Source of the DNA: Squalus acanthias
Lineage: Eukaryota
Length of the DNA: 64,000 bases
NCBI GenBank assembly: GCA_030390025.1
Contig: CM059447.1
Location: forward strand, 3,286,001-3,350,000
Direction of reading: 5' to 3'
A program made the translations under genes and the position numbers. Below are positions 25,530-39,499 of the stretch, piece by piece; position 1 is the stretch's first letter, and each line of letters begins with the position of its first letter. Under the pieces are notes generated by a model, which worked only from the letters and a program-made list of their open reading frames with translations, searched no databases and was not told where the DNA came from.

Positions 25530-28240
25530 ATCGTAGAATAGTGCAGCACAGAAGGAGGCCATTTGGCCCATTTGAGTCTGCGCCAGCTCTTTCGAACAGC
25601 AATCCAGTTAGTCCCACTCCCTGGCTCTTTCCCTGTATCCCTGCAATTTTTTCTGCTTCAAGTATTTATCAATTCCCTTTTGAAGGCTACTATTGAATCT
25701 GTATCCACCGCCCTGTCAGGCAGTGCATTCCAAATCCTAACCACCTGTTGCATGAAAAAGTTTTTCCTTATGTCGCCTCTGGTTCTTTTGCCAATCACCT
25801 TAAATCTGTGCCCTCTGGTTATCGACACTTCAGCCATTGGAAACAGTTTCTCTTTATTTACTCTATCTAAACACTTCATGCTTTTAAACACCTCTATCAA
25901 ATCTTCTCTTAGCCTTCTCTGCTCTAAGGACAGCTTCTCCAGTCTATCCACGTAACTGTAATCCTTCATTCCTGGAACCATTCTAGTAAATCTCTTCTGT
26001 ACCCTCTCCAAAGCCTTCACCACCTCCTTACAGTGTGGTGCCCAGAATTGGACACAATACTCCAGCTGGGGCCGAACTAGTGTTTTATATAGGTTTAGCA
26101 TAACTTCCTGGCTTTTGTATTTTATGTCTCTATTTATAAAGCTCAGGATCCCATATGCTTTAACTTCTTTGTTAATCTGTCCTGCCAACTTCAAAGATTT
26201 ATGCACAAACACCCTGGGTATCTCTGTTTTTGCACCACCTTTAAAATTGTACCATTTAGCTTGTATTGTCTATCCTCATTCTTCCTACCAAAATGTATCA
26301 CCTCACACTGTTCTGCGTTGAATTTCATCTACCATGTGTCCACTCATTCCACCAGCCTGTCTGTGTCCTCTTGAAGTCTATGACTATCTTCCTCACTGTT
26401 TACTACACTTCCACGTTTCATGTCGTCTGCAAACTTCATAATTCTGTCCTGTACACCCAAGTCCAAGTCATTAATGTACATCAAAAACAGCAATAGTCCT
26501 AGTACTGAACCCTGGGGGAAAACACCACTGTATACCTCCCTCCAGTCCGAAAAACAGTCATCCACCAGTCTGGAAACAGTCATTCACCACAACTCTGTTT
26601 TCTATTCCTTAGCCAATTTTGTATCCTTGCTGCTACTGTTCCTTTTATCCCATGTGCTTCAGATTTGCTAACGAGCCTATTATGTGGTACTATATCAAAC
26701 ACCTTTTTGAAAGTCCATACACACAGTATCAACTGCACTGCCCTCATTCACCCTCTCTGTTAGCTCATCAAAAAACTCAATCAAGTTAGTCAAACACAAT
26801 TTGCCCTTAACAAATCCATGCGGGCTCTCCTTTATTAGTCCATACTTGTCCAAGTGGCTGTTAAGTTTCTCCCGGATTATTCTTTCTAAAAGCTTCCCCA
26901 CCATTAAACTTTAAACTGACTGGCCTGTAATTGCCATCTTTTTCCTTCTCCCCTTTTCCCTCAGCAAGCTAGGATGCATCCCATCCGGACCGGGTGACTT
27001 ATCCACAATTACTGCCAGCCTTTCTAATACCTCTTTATCTATTTTTATCTCATCCAGTATCAGCCCTACTGTTTCTCTGACAACCCTTTTACTGTTAATA
27101 TGCCTATGGAAGACCTTTTGGATTCCCTTTTATGTTAGCTGCCAATCTATTCTCGTACTGTCTCTTTGCCCCTCTTATTTCCTTTTTTACTTCTTTTTAT
27201 ATTCAGCCTCATTCTCTCTTGTATTATTCAGCTGACATCTGTCGTACACCTCCTTTTTTCTGCTTCATCCTACTCTCTCACTCTTTTGTCATCCATGGTG
27301 CTCTGGCTTTGGTTGCCCTCCCTTTCCCCCTTGTGGGAATGTACCGAGACTGCACCTGAACCATCTCCTCTTTAATTTCTGCCTGCCTGTCTTTGCCTCC
27401 AATTTACCTGGACCAGAACTCTCATCAATTTGCTGAGATCAGCCCTCCTTCAGTTAGGTATTTTTTTCCTGAATTACTCCTTGTCCTTCTCCGTAACGAA
27501 TCTAAACTTTATACTATGATCACTATTTCCGTGATGCTCCACTGTGACAATCTCCACTTTACCCACTTCATTTCCCAGGACTAGATCCAGCAACGCCTCC
27601 TACTTCGTTGGGCAGGAAACGTACTGATCAAGACTGTCCTCCTGAAGACACTACAGAAATTCCTCCCCCTCTCTGTCCTTAACACAATCACTGCCCCATT
27701 CAATATTGGGGTACTTAAAGTCTCCCATAATCACTACTCTGTAGTTCATGCACCTCTCCGTAATTTCCCTGCAAATCTGCTCCTCTATCTCCTTCACACT
27801 ATTTGGTGGCCTATAAAATATACCAAATAGCATAATAGCTCCTGTATTTCTTAACTGCAACCAAATAGATTCTGTCTTTGACCCCTCAAGGACATTCTTT
27901 CTAGCACTGTAATATTTTTCTTAATCAAAATTGCTACCCCTCTTCCTCTTTTTCCTTCCCTTTCCCTATCTTTCCTGAATACCTTGTACCCAGGAATATT
28001 AAGCATCCAATCCTCCCCTTTTTTGAACCCGGTCTCTGTTATCGCTACTACATCATATTCCAACGTGGCTATTTGCGCCTGCAGCTCACCAACCTTATTA
28101 ACCACACTTTGTGCATTTACACACATGCACTCCAAACCTAACTTAGACCTCTTTGTATTTTCTATGATTCCACCTAATTCTGTATTAATTCTAACTCTAT
28201 TTTCCCAGTCCTCTGTGCACCTTGTTTCTACTTCTTAATA
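25530..28240 (-). mobile_element. CR1 LINE ORF2 remnant (AP endonuclease plus RT), frameshifted and internally deleted
   Basis: Minus-strand ORFs: CVNAQSVVNK...AITET and FYRPPN...MGDF (endonuclease); HGFVKGK, PQGSVLG, YINDL, FADD (RT); LVRPQLEYC. Confidence 0.92.
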
Positions 28241-29482
28241 CTACAATGCAAATTAGTATATTTGCAAATTAATATGCAAATTTATTTTGAACACAACATT
28301 ATATTTGTGTCTGGGAGCAGGCTGCTTCGATGCTCAAGACATACGAATGTCTATAAAGAGGGAAGCAAAAAAAAAAAGAAATGAGGTGAAGAACGTGTAC
28401 ATATCCCTTGAGCCTAATAAAGGAATTGCATTGTATTTCACCTTTAGGAAATGAGGCACATCTGCAGTTTAAAGGGATACCGTCTTAAGTGTTTGACAAG
28501 CTCCCCCAACAGTTCCCTTTGGTAAATGTACGGTTTGGTAAAGTAGTGAGCCATGTAGACGAAGTTCTATCAATTGTCTGTCCTGAGAGGTTGATTTGCT
28601 GAATTACTGAATTGTAGTGGCGGCACTACAATTGGCTTCAGTGTTGCAGGGAGGGTGAAATGCCAAGCAGGATATATTGATCATTGTCCAGGGTCGGGCA
28701 CAGCTGTGATGCCTGCATGTTAAATAGCTTGCATGTGAGAAATGGCTGCTTGGGCAAGATACCAGTGGGATGGCAATGCCCAGAGAATGTTATCTTGGGA
28801 TATTCACTGCCTTCAGGAGGGGGGAGGGTTTGGCAAACAGTCCATCATTTTTTTTTTTTCAAAACATGCTTACCTTGTATATGATATTTATGATGAAGGC
28901 AGATCTACTGGTACCTCTCCCTCCCTGGTGGTGATAAACTTCCCCCTTCAGTAGTTTGCTGCTTTCTTTTTCTTAATCCTCCCCCCCCCCCCCCCCCCCC
29001 CTGCCCCCACCTCATCTTCCTTTTCCTCTTCTGAAGCTGGTGACTTGTCTTGGGCACCAACACCCCATGCTGTACCATCCAAGTAGACCTGCTTCATGTG
29101 AGTGTGGGCAGTGACCATCAGCCACAACTGTCGCCTGATCCTCTCCTCACATAAAATCCACATATATGTTTATCAGAAAAGGGTACTGAATTGTGAACTT
29201 GATATTTTTTTCTCCTCACTTACCCAGGTGTATTGAGGGTATTTGTGTTCCCAGTGGCACTCCAGTTGAGATTGGCTGGAGCATGGACTTCCCTCATTTG
29301 TATGACTCAATACCACACAGTGCATTCACCTACTGATCCACCAGGGAGCTTCGCATTTAATTCTGACTTTGCAGATATGATCGGCTTCAGAGGCGGAACA
29401 AACTTGCATTGTTAATGTTATTGATGTATATGCAACACTTGTTAAATACTATAATCAACTTTTTTTAAACGCATTGTTTTAG

Positions 29483-29614
29483 ATCTAATTGGATAAAAGC
29501 AGTCCAGATGTGCAGTAAACCAAGAGAATTTGCACTAGCTCTTGCAATCCTCGAGTGTGCAATCAAACCTGTCGTCATGCTTCCAGTCTGGCGGGATTCT
29601 TTAGGACATACCAG
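29483..29614 (+). CDS. BPTF: BPTF internal exon F (SNWIKAVQMCSKPREFALALAILECAIKPVVMLPVWRDSLGHTR)
   Basis: Translated by hand (not in the ORF track); ttttAG acceptor, AG|GTGATT donor, phase 2-2. Confidence 0.96.
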
Positions 29615-30723
29615 GTGATTTTTGATTCATTTTGTCGTCTTTCCTACTTTTTTTTTAACCTTGGCTTGAGCATTGATTCTTCACCTAGGTTTCTCAAATA
29701 AAATAATGCCAGTTAACAAATGTTTACTGTCAATTCTTAAATTAAATAGGAACATTATCCAACAAAGAACTTGATTTGAGTGTGAATTCATATTCCCGCT
29801 ATTAATAAAGCAAAATACAGAATCGTAGTCATTTGGTATCTTAAATAGCCCTGGTTTGAACTGCATTTATGTACCTACTTGCTGTGCCATAGAGAAGTGA
29901 GAGTAAGAATTGTGTTCTGCGTTATGGCACACAATGTTGACCTCGACTTGATCATGAGCAGTCCTTTCCCTTTCTGGAGAAGTGACTCTAAAGGATAGGT
30001 CAGAGTTGACCACTCTTGTTTTCTCCTACCAGCCAGTTATAGTGCAACATTAGTTATTTGGCCAGTTTCTCAGTTTGGTAATGGTTTGCTGTGTAGAAGG
30101 GGGCGGGAGGTACTCGCCTTTTATATATAAATAAATAAATAAAAAATAATAGGGGATGAGGGAAAGAAACAAAATTTCAAAAAGGATTCCATTCACTGTG
30201 GTTTATTGAATGTGGTCATGTTGTCTTTGGTACGAGAGAAAAGGCCAGGTGCTTTCCCACAGCAGTAGATGGAGAGTACCTCTTGTATAATTTTTTCCAC
30301 TGTCTTCAAAGTGGCATTGTCTGTCTGTCCTGTTGACCAGGATAATGCATGGTGTGAAGGGGATCCAAGATGGGGGAAATTAAATGGATCCATTGTCCTC
30401 AACACAAAGTAAACAAGCTAGACTATAGCACAAAATGGTTAAAATAATGGATACAGACATGTTGAGAATTGGTATGATAACGCAGTGTAATTTCCAGGCT
30501 CCTATTTTATTTGAATTGTACACTGGGCTTCCAAGTCCATAATGTATAATCTGTGCAGTACCAACCATCTGGAGTATCAGTCACCCACGACAGTGGAAGG
30601 GGAAGAGAAAAGTTGGCGTATCTGTTGCTCCTTTTGAGTTGCTGTCATGGAAGCTCACTGAGCGACATGTAGTTCTGTTTGGTTCTCCAGAATGCTAAGA
30701 TAATTTTCCTGCATTGATAACAG

Positions 30724-30853
30724 GTTTTATCGATTAACATCTGTTGAAAGAGAGGAAAAGGAGAAAATCAAAAAACGAGAGCGAAAACAGGAGGAAGAGG
30801 AAGTTATGCAACAAGCTACCTGGGTGAAGTATACCTTCCCCGTGAAACATCAG
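30724..30853 (+). CDS. BPTF: BPTF internal exon G (FYRLTSVEREEKEK...WVKYTFPVKHQ)
   Basis: CAG acceptor, CAG|GTAGGT donor; conserved MQQATWVKYTFPVKHQ. Confidence 0.96.
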
Positions 30854-31275
30854 GTAGGTTGTCGAGTCACTGTAAAGGGTGTTTTGCCTGCAACCTGTTA
30901 TGAATGCCTGTTTTTTTTCTTGGATGTAATAGTAACTTAAATAGTAGGACTACTTGACTCTCCATTTGGAGGTCATAAGTTTAAATCCCAAGTTTGTTTA
31001 ACTTCCTTAAGTTGAGTTTAGTCAGTTTTCAGCTGGCTGCTGCAGAGAATGCCTTGCAGGGGAGTGGCAATCGTATCTTTTGGAGCAGTTGGAAAAATTA
31101 CATGGGATCTGCCACTCGGGACGATCACCAATCTATTTTTATCATGGGTACAGAATCCAAACCTTTGACAGCTCTGGCTGATGGAGGATGCCTCATCTGG
31201 GGCTAGGGGGATAGGGAAGAGAAAGCAAAGGAATTTTTCTTTAAATGGCATAAATTCAACTTAATATTCACACAG

Positions 31276-31411
31276 GTATGGAAACAAAAGGGAGAAGAAT
31301 ATCGTGTAACAGGATATGGTGGATGGATGTGGATCAGTAAAACTCATGTCCATCGTTTTGTGCCCCGGCTACCTGGAAATACTAATGTATATTATAGGAA
31401 GGCGCTGGAAG
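31276..31411 (+). CDS. BPTF: BPTF internal exon H (VWKQKGEEYRVTGYGGW...YRKALE)
   Basis: cacAG acceptor, G|GTACGT donor; conserved VWKQKGEEYRVTGYGGW. Confidence 0.96.
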
Positions 31412-31616
31412 GTACGTTTCAGTTGCATTCATAGTTGATTGTGTCATGCAATTTTTGTTTACTGTTGAACATAAATCATTTTAATATCTTGAAGATTCAA
31501 ATTTCAGTAACTGGAAAAATAGCTGCGGGTCATAAACTGCAGTTATTAGACTTGAAGAAAAATAATCATTGCTTGTTTGTTACACCCAAATCAATTTGAA
31601 TTCAACTCCCCAGGTT

Positions 31617-32003
31617 CCTACTCCAGAGACTTGAGCATATAATGTAGGCTGACACAGCAGTGCTGAGGGAGGGCTGTTCTGTCGGAGGTGCCGTCTTTCG
31701 GATGAGACTTTAAACCGAGGCCCCGTCTGCCCCCTCAGGTGGACATAAAAGATCCCATGGCCATTATTCGAAGAAGAGCAGGGAGCTCTACCCGATGTCC
31801 TGGCCAATATTTATCCCTGAACCAACATCACTAAAACAGATTGTCTGGTCATTATCACACTGCTGTTTGTGGGACCTTGCTGTGCGCAATTTGGCTATCA
31901 TGTTTTCTACATTACAATATTGACTACACTTCAAAAGTACTTGACTGGCTTTGGGACCTCCTGAGATCGTGAAAGGCACTGTATAAATGCAAATCCTTTC
32001 TTT
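31617..32003 (+). mobile_element. SacSINE1/DeuSINE-like SINE (head truncated)
   Basis: Reverse complement of the 1211, 3147 and 55472 copies; tail GTATAAATGCAAATCCTTTC. Confidence 0.85.
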
Positions 32004-32423
32004 GTAGGCATCCCAGAATAGAGAGGTTAAAAGCCTTATCCAAAAAAGTATAGATGAATTTCTTTTCTTCCCCACTCCCATCACGCACCCTACATGAGTG
32101 AATATTTTTACAATTTTTATTTTATACTGGAAAGGTATTTAGAAGCTGACATTTCCTGTTATGGACATTCTTGTGTGGAAAGGTGTACTTTTCAGTACGC
32201 AAATCTTCCAAGATAAAGCTAGAGCTAAACATCTTGCAGCTAATGCAAATTTACCCATCCTTTGAGTTTAAAATAATGGGCAAGTTGTTTCTAAGAGCAG
32301 CTATTCCACAGCTGCTATTTGATGTTGATTGTTATTGCGATTCAAGCTGGTTCCATATATTTGTTTGGTATGAAGATGCAAGTACATTTGTCTAAAATAT
32401 GAACTGTTTTGTTCACCTCTTAG

Positions 32424-32660
32424 GTGTGCTGAAAGATGATTCAGATCTGGATAAAAATGAGTGCTCCTCTACAGTAAAAACCGAGTCTGAAACCTGTAAG
32501 AAAAACCAATCATCTCAAGACTCTAAGGATCTGCCAGAGAATGACACAGTCACAGACAAGTCATTTGAGATAAAATCAGAAGAGGAAGAAAAAGTAGAAG
32601 AAAAGGAGGAAGTAATGGAAATTGATACAAATCTTGAGTCACAACAAACTGAAAAGAAAG
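32424..32660 (+). CDS. BPTF: BPTF internal exon I (VLKDDSDLDKNE...QTEKK), phase 1-1
   Basis: ctcttAG acceptor, AAG|GTAACT donor, 237 nt open, acidic; ends in TEKK like vertebrate BPTF. Confidence 0.9.
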
Positions 32661-33135
32661 GTAACTGCTATATACGTATGGATTATGTAGCTTGGTAACA
32701 CCAGGCAAGCACTCATTACTAACAAAAGGCATATTGCTTTTAAACCCGGGTTATTTCCATTCTTTGCATTCCCCATCAAATTTCCTGCACATAACACTAG
32801 CCCCAGCCACGTTGATGAATTTGCTGATTCTTCCCAGAAATGTGCCACTGGTGTGTTGGAGGAGGAGCGTGTGAATAACCCCTCCCCCCTACTATTGAAT
32901 ATGAATTTGATGACGCACCAAATGTAGAATCTCTGGCAGTCCCACATCTTACCACTGTGTGGCACAGGTTGGGGAAAGCTCCAGTGAGCTGTACCAGTGT
33001 GGCCAGAATACACACAATAAATCTGCTGCACATAGAAATTTAATTTTCAAAATTATGTACGTGCTTCTGTTTGAAAGATATATTTGTAACTTGTGTGGTA
33101 TTCTATTCAAGTGCATAATGATGTGTACATGAAAT

Positions 33136-33255
33136 CAGTGTTTCCCCTAATTTTTTTGGGTGCACGGCAGATTCACAGTTTTGCGCATTTAACATTGAAA
33201 AAGCCGGTCCCGGGCTGTGCGGGACTGGCAGAGGGTTAGCTTTGAGGTAACGTTG
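33136..33255. mobile_element. hAT-type MITE, 120 bp
   Basis: 8-bp TSD CATGAAAT (33128-33135, 33256-33263); imperfect terminal inverted repeats (TIRs) CAGTGTTTCC...GGTAACGTTG. Confidence 0.75.
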
Positions 33256-34376
33256 CATGAAATAGGTGAATTTGATGAGCAGGCAGCATGAAGTAGTGCA
33301 GTGATGTCACTGAAACCACTGTTCAAATCGCACATTGATGTAGTTTGTATCTAGAATGAATATTTTCTGAACCAATTTAGATGAAAGTAATTAAAATAGA
33401 CGATAAGGAGCTGAGATATGTACCATGTCCACTGTATCCTCTGACTTACTGGAACACTGGATATTTTAATGCAGTAATGAAATCAATTTAAGTAGGCCAA
33501 AGAGAAATTATGAAGGTTAAATCGCATCAGAATTATGACACATGCCCATGAAAATCAACTTGTGTGTGAATGGCCTTGGTTAGTATAACTCGTACATGGT
33601 AATACAACAATTCGATAAAACTTTGTCAAAAAGAAGTTGATTAGATTGGGATATCTAAGAGATAATTTTGTCAACGGTCTGAACCTCTGTTTTTCTCAGT
33701 AACTTAATTGCCAGTTTTCTATTCTGTAATACTTGCAAAAATATCACATTCACTCAATAATTTGTAGAAGTTTAAAAAACGAATATTTAGCAAGATGCCA
33801 GTAATTTTTAACTTCAGTTAATTGGATAGCAGTGGGTGCATTTTTGTTAAATTAAGATTTTCAAGTAGATCTTCAAATCATTAAAATATATTGACCGTTT
33901 GACCTGCCAGTACCTTTCTGACTTTCCAATTTTTAAATCGATTTTCAGTGTTCTGGAATAAAACCGGGGAATTAGCTCAAAATGTTGGTATTTTAATTTT
34001 GGTGTGGGATTGGGACCCATTGCTAAACAATGAAGTAGAGAGATCTGATGCCATGCCTTGCAGCATTCTCTGTCCAACCAGGCAGGGAGCTAATCTGCTT
34101 CAAAGTTTATGCCTATCTTGTCCTTAAGTTGGACACGAAGAGGCACTAGACTGGAGTTAGTGTACTCTCCTATTTTATTCCCCCACCCCCCAAGCCCTTT
34201 GTGGAAATCTCCTTGCCTCTACTTGGGGCCAACCTAGGTGACTCACCAGGTCACTTCATTACAGATTGGCATATGACATGAATGGGAAATGTCAGTCTGG
34301 GGAAACATCAAGGAGGGGCTGTTTCCCATTATGTAACTCCTCGTGCAACTGTTAACTGTACCTTATTTTATTTTAG

Positions 34377-36783
34377 AGAACATTGAAAATATCGGTACTG
34401 ATGATGATAAGTTAATAAAGGAGGAACCAATGAATTTGGATGAGACCAAAAATGAATCCAATTTGAAAGAACAGGAAAAGTTTATCTCTGCCGATCTCAT
34501 CAATGTGAGTGAGGGCTTTCAACTGAGGACTTGGTATAAAAAGAGAGAAAAAACATCTAAATTAGATGGACTTTTGGATCGGCGAGTAAAACAGTTTACA
34601 ATGGAAGAGAAGCAAAGACAAGAAAAACTGAAGCAGGAAGCCTTAATGAAATTGCCGAGAAATGAACAGAAAAGCATAACTGAAGCACAGAAATCTGATC
34701 AGGCTGAAAACTGTCTTCAGAAAAAGTCTGAATCAGTAGTGCAGGAAAAAGGACATGAGGGCCAGATTTCTCCAAAGACCACAATTGAAAGCTCAATGGC
34801 AACAGTTCAAGAAAGCGCTGTTGAGAAAAATCAAGTTTCGACCCAAGAAAAGGATCCAGCGTTGGCACAGCTGAAGGGACCGAGTGTTGATGATGCAGAG
34901 TCTAACCAAAAACATACCAAGGAGGCTACTGAGAATAATATCGAATCAGTGATCTCAGGTGGCGAAACCAAGGACCTGGATTTAAAAAGCAAGGAAAATG
35001 GTGCCGAAGGCAATACTCAGCAGTTGGTTGTGGAAAAAAATGCTGTAAATAATGGTTCTGATGTGAAAAACGAGAGCCTCGGGAAGATCTGTGAGCCAAT
35101 GGTGGGAGAAGGAAACCATGACAATCTGAACACAAACACAAAGATGGAAGTGGGTGTTGCTGAAGATGGTAGTGATCTAATGGAGACAGATGAAAACAAT
35201 GAAAAAAGCAACTCTGAAATTAAGGCAAATAAAGAGGTTATTGGAATTATAAATCCTGAAAAGATAGATCCACAAGCCAGTGAAGCAATTACTGAAAAAA
35301 GCGGTGGACCAATGATTGTTGAGGAAAATGGTATAAAGGAATTCCCTGTCCACGAGGAAAGCAATAGTATTGAAAATAGATGCCTTGAAAAAATGGACAC
35401 CGAGGGCTGTACAGAAAATACGATTTCTGAAATGGAAGCAGCAGAGAACAAACTAGAGAATCGGCACCCTGTTGATCAGGTTAATGGAAAAGATGTTGTA
35501 GAATCTAAATCAGCCGTTGTAATGCCAAACTCTGAACTGGTGCCGTCTGAAGCATCAGATGCTGTTGCTGCTCTTAATAACATAGAACCCCTTAAGGAAA
35601 AGAGCAGCCCTAAAGAAAACTCTGAAAATGAAATAAAATCATCAGCAAAAGAGCCACTGGTTAAGCTAGTTATGAATGGAGATATTACCATGGGTGACCT
35701 AGAGGAAAAACCTAACCGAATAGAAGGAAAAATGTTAACAGCTGCTCATTCAAAGGTTCATGATGGTGTAATAACAGATAAAGAGGAGCATGATGATGCA
35801 GTGCCACAGCTAAAGGCACCCAGGTTCGATGATGCAGTCCCACAGATCAAGGCACCCAGGTTCGATGATGCAGTCCCATGGGTAAAGGCACCCAAGTTCG
35901 ATGATGCAGTCCCGCAGGTGAACGCACCCACGTTAGATGATGCGCTGTCGCAGGTAAACAAGCCCAGGATAGATAATATTTCTGAGGTAGTAAATTCTTC
36001 CGAAGGGTCAGAACTTTTAAATGTGGCCTCAGATAAATCATCAGAGCCTGGAAATGAAGTGAAACCATTGGAAACAGATGGACAGGTGCATAAAAAAGCC
36101 GCTTCTCCACCCCTTGTTTCTGTAGCAGACTCCACTTTGAGCAAGAGCTTCAGCGAGCAAAACGGGTTAAAATCTGATGGTGAAGTGGGTGGTATCAATG
36201 GGGATCATGGGGTTAGCACGGTTATTACTAAAATGACCACCACAACTACAACCATTTCCACAGAATCCAAGACTGTTGTCAGTGTAGCTGAGGCTTCTTC
36301 TCCGCAGAGCAATATTCCATCAGTGGTGTCCTCTATTAAGAACTGTGCTGTTTCTTCAACAACAACCACAACAACAACATTCACAAAAGTGTCCTCCCCA
36401 AAACTAGACAGTGCAGTAGATGCCTTGACGGTCACAGAAAGAACTGTTGTCACAACCACAGTGACAGATTCTATGGCTACTCCAGGTGGGATGTCAACAA
36501 CCACCATGACTGTAAGTAAAGAATATTCCACCAAGGACAAAGTTAAACTAATGCGGTTTTGTCGGCCCAAAAAGACCAGGTCTGGCACAGCCCTGCCCTC
36601 ATACCGTAAATTTATCACCAAAAGCAGCAAGAAAAGCATATTTGTCCTGCCCAACGATGACCTGCGGAAACTGGCCAGGCGATCTGGGATTCGAGAGGTT
36701 CCGGGATTTAACTACAATGCAAAACCTGCACTGGACATCTGGCCGTATCCATCACCGAGACCAACATTTGGCATTGCGTGGAG
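34377..36783 (+). CDS. BPTF: BPTF giant internal exon J (2407 nt)
   Basis: 835-aa ORF trimmed to ttttAG acceptor and AG|GTATTT donor. Motifs: NVSEGFQLRT, SKLDGLLDRRVKQF, SKEYSTKDKVKLM, SGTALPSYRKFITKSSKKSIFVLP, WPYPSPRPTFG. Confidence 0.97.
35792..35971 (+). repeat. Coding tandem repeat, 5 x 36 nt (DDAVPQxKAPRF-like) within BPTF exon J
   Basis: Units begin GATGATGC at 35792, 35828, 35864, 35900 and 35936. Confidence 0.93.
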
Positions 36784-39035
36784 GTATTTTAAATTAACTC
36801 TTACAGCTGTTAATAACAGTAGTTACTATAGGGTTGATATTTGGACTTAATTTTCCAGTTAAAACCGTTGCTTCCTTCCCATCCCTGACCAATGTCTAGT
36901 ATTTTGGAATGGCTATCCCAGGTTAAATTTTTTGCCAATTTTTTCCCCATGGTTTCCCCCTTGCCTTTGACTCTTGATGCAATACAACCCCATTGGGCTG
37001 GCAGCCCTTCAGTACTTCATCCAAATAGCCATTATTTATGTGAGTGCTTAAATAGTGAATGCTGGCAGGCTATTTGATTGCTGGAAACTCACTGCTAAGC
37101 TTGATCCTATCAGCACATGCCCCTCACATGTACACTTTCAGCCAAAGTGCAAACACTGAATGGTTTTTTCCCCCTCCTTTGTCCCGTGGCTCCAAGGCCA
37201 ATCTTAATGCACCTACATCCACTCTAGCTGAAGGCAGCTAACGCACGATCGATTGGCTGGTTGCACCTGAGACCTTTGTGGTCTGGTTCAGCTACTCATT
37301 GATTTAGCTAGCTTGAGCCATCATGGGAGCTACTTTATCATGGGTATGAAAGCCTCTAACATGAGTTGCATAGGTCTTTCACATGTGAATGATTCCCCAA
37401 TTTACCACTGTGTTGCTGGTTTACTGTTTTTAATATAGAGAGCTTGTGTTTTTTTTTAAATTTTGGAAAGCTAAATGATTAAGAAATCTCTTGAGCTTTG
37501 CGATTTAGTGTACTTTAATGTGTAAGCTGTGTTTAGATCAGTTTTGCTAGCTTTCTCATGCTGGTAACTATCAATTTTTAAAACAATTATGCACTAATTC
37601 TTAAAATGGTTAATGAATCAAACATCCCTTTTTGCAGCTCATCCTTTTTACTTTCGTATTACAAGGATTTGATTTACTCTGATTCGATTTTCTTCCTGCA
37701 GTTTTCTCCTTTTCCTGTGTTTTATTCTCTACTGATTCCTTACTTTCATTGCTCTTCGGCCCAGTGTGCTTTCTGAAGTTCTGGCATGTGCCCTTGTGTG
37801 TGTTAGTTCAGCTCCATATTGACACACATTCAGTCTGAGCCATACATGGGAATAATTTTCTTCTGCTTCTACAGTTTTCTGCAACCGTTGTCCCCATGTT
37901 GTGTGGGGTGGTACTGCAGCCCTCTGCAGTCACTCAAAGCTTACATCTGTTGCAAATACCTGAAACCCAAAGTTCAGCCAGTGTGTGGGTTTTTTTGTTG
38001 TTGTTTAAGTGGGGTGAGGAGGTGGGATGTCAAGTAGATTGTTGGTGGAAAGCCCAGGAGGCAGAACAGCAGGTTAGATGGTATATTCTCTAATTCTGTT
38101 ACTGTTGAAGTCCACAATGCTGAGATTAATGGAAATGCCCAGTAGAAGGAGGTGATTCCCCTCTACTCCACACTTGCTCAAACACAACTTGGCGACTGTT
38201 GGGTTACCAGCAGGGGAGGTGATCACGTGTGGTTTGATCTAGGCTTGGCTTTCCCGACCAGAGGTTGTGATTATGTCTACTGTTTTCAAACACTTTTTTT
38301 GTCCCCTTTTTTTTCCCTCCTTTTACTTCACAGTTCCCTTTTGTAGACCTTTGCCCATAGCCAGCTGGACTACATAACAGAGGTGGTAGTATATAGCCCA
38401 AATCTCAATGTATGATATCTTCCCTGGCTAGCTTGTACTTTGTTTGAAGGTATTGGCATGTGCTCTTCACCCCAACCCCAGGTCAGTTGTAAGATGGTTA
38501 GCAAGCCTTTCCCTTGCTAGGCGTGAAGTCCTATGCATCCACTTCTGTGGCTTGCATGGCGTGATGGGCTAGCACCCTGTCCTTCCACCTCTGGAATCTG
38601 AGTTTAAATTCAGCCCACCGTGACAGGATAAAAGTTTCTTCTTTCCCATCTACCAGGGTCTTGTGTGAAAGTAATTCAAGTAATTTCAAACAGGTCTTTT
38701 ATGGAACAGTTGCGCAGCACAAACTGATAATTGTGTGACTGTCTCACTCCTGTTGGATATGGAAAAATTGCATAGTGATGCAGTAGGGCATGCTCTTGTG
38801 AAGTGTACACTAAAGGCCACTGCTGGGGTAGAGTTGAAAGTTTTTTTCCAAAGCACTAGCCAATGCTCGATAATGGGAGTAAAAGTGGCACTTCCCTCAT
38901 CTGTTAGAGTGCCAAATAGTTTCTCGATTTCTATGAAATCCTATAGTCACAGAATAATTTGTGCTATGTGCTTTGACTCATCTATCAAATAAAGTGAAGT
39001 ATAGTACTAATGCTTCAAGAGCACTCCTTGCTTAT

Positions 39036-39165
39036 GTCAGCTTGGCTCAGTTGGTAGCACTCTCCCCTCAGAGTCGGCTAGTTATGAGTTCATCCCTGCG
39101 CTCAGGCTCAAACCCATAACCTAGGCTGACCCATCAGTGCAGTGTTGAAGTGCGTTGTTGGAAGT
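39036..39165 (+). mobile_element. SacSINE1-like SINE head fragment
   Basis: GTCAGCTTGGCTCAGTTGGTAGCACTCTC matches the head of the other copies. Confidence 0.65.
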
Positions 39166-39499
39166 ACCTGTGACGAATAGGAGTTCTGTCATAATTCAAA
39201 TGTTTAAGTCTATATATTTTTATTATCTATTTGAAATGTAGTTGGTCACTCTAGTTTTGGTTACTTCTGATTTGTCTTGCACATGCTCGAGAGGATACAT
39301 ATCATCTGGTATGCAAAATGTCCCTTCAAAGGCATTGTTCTTAAGCAAATTATTTTCATTGCAAAACAAGTAGAAACTGTTCAACACTGATTGCTTCATC
39401 CTAAAATCAGTCAAATTTAAGGTAAAGTGTTTGGTAACCCATGAAGATGTCCTGCAGTCTTTCAACTGGGTGGAAGTCATCACTTTAATTTGATGAGTG

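Noticed and set aside
28981-29010. Long C homopolymer (potential G-quadruplex on the minus strand), also (CCCCAT)n near 25381
   Set aside because: Simple low-complexity tracts are common in these introns, length is error-prone, and there is no functional evidence.
35792-35971. 36-nt periodic repeats resembling a CRISPR array
   Set aside because: Units are contiguous with no unique spacers, lie in frame in a eukaryotic exon, and no cas genes are present.
34596-36654. Several minus-strand ORFs up to 149 aa
   Set aside because: Antisense shadows of BPTF exon J, with no recognisable protein features.
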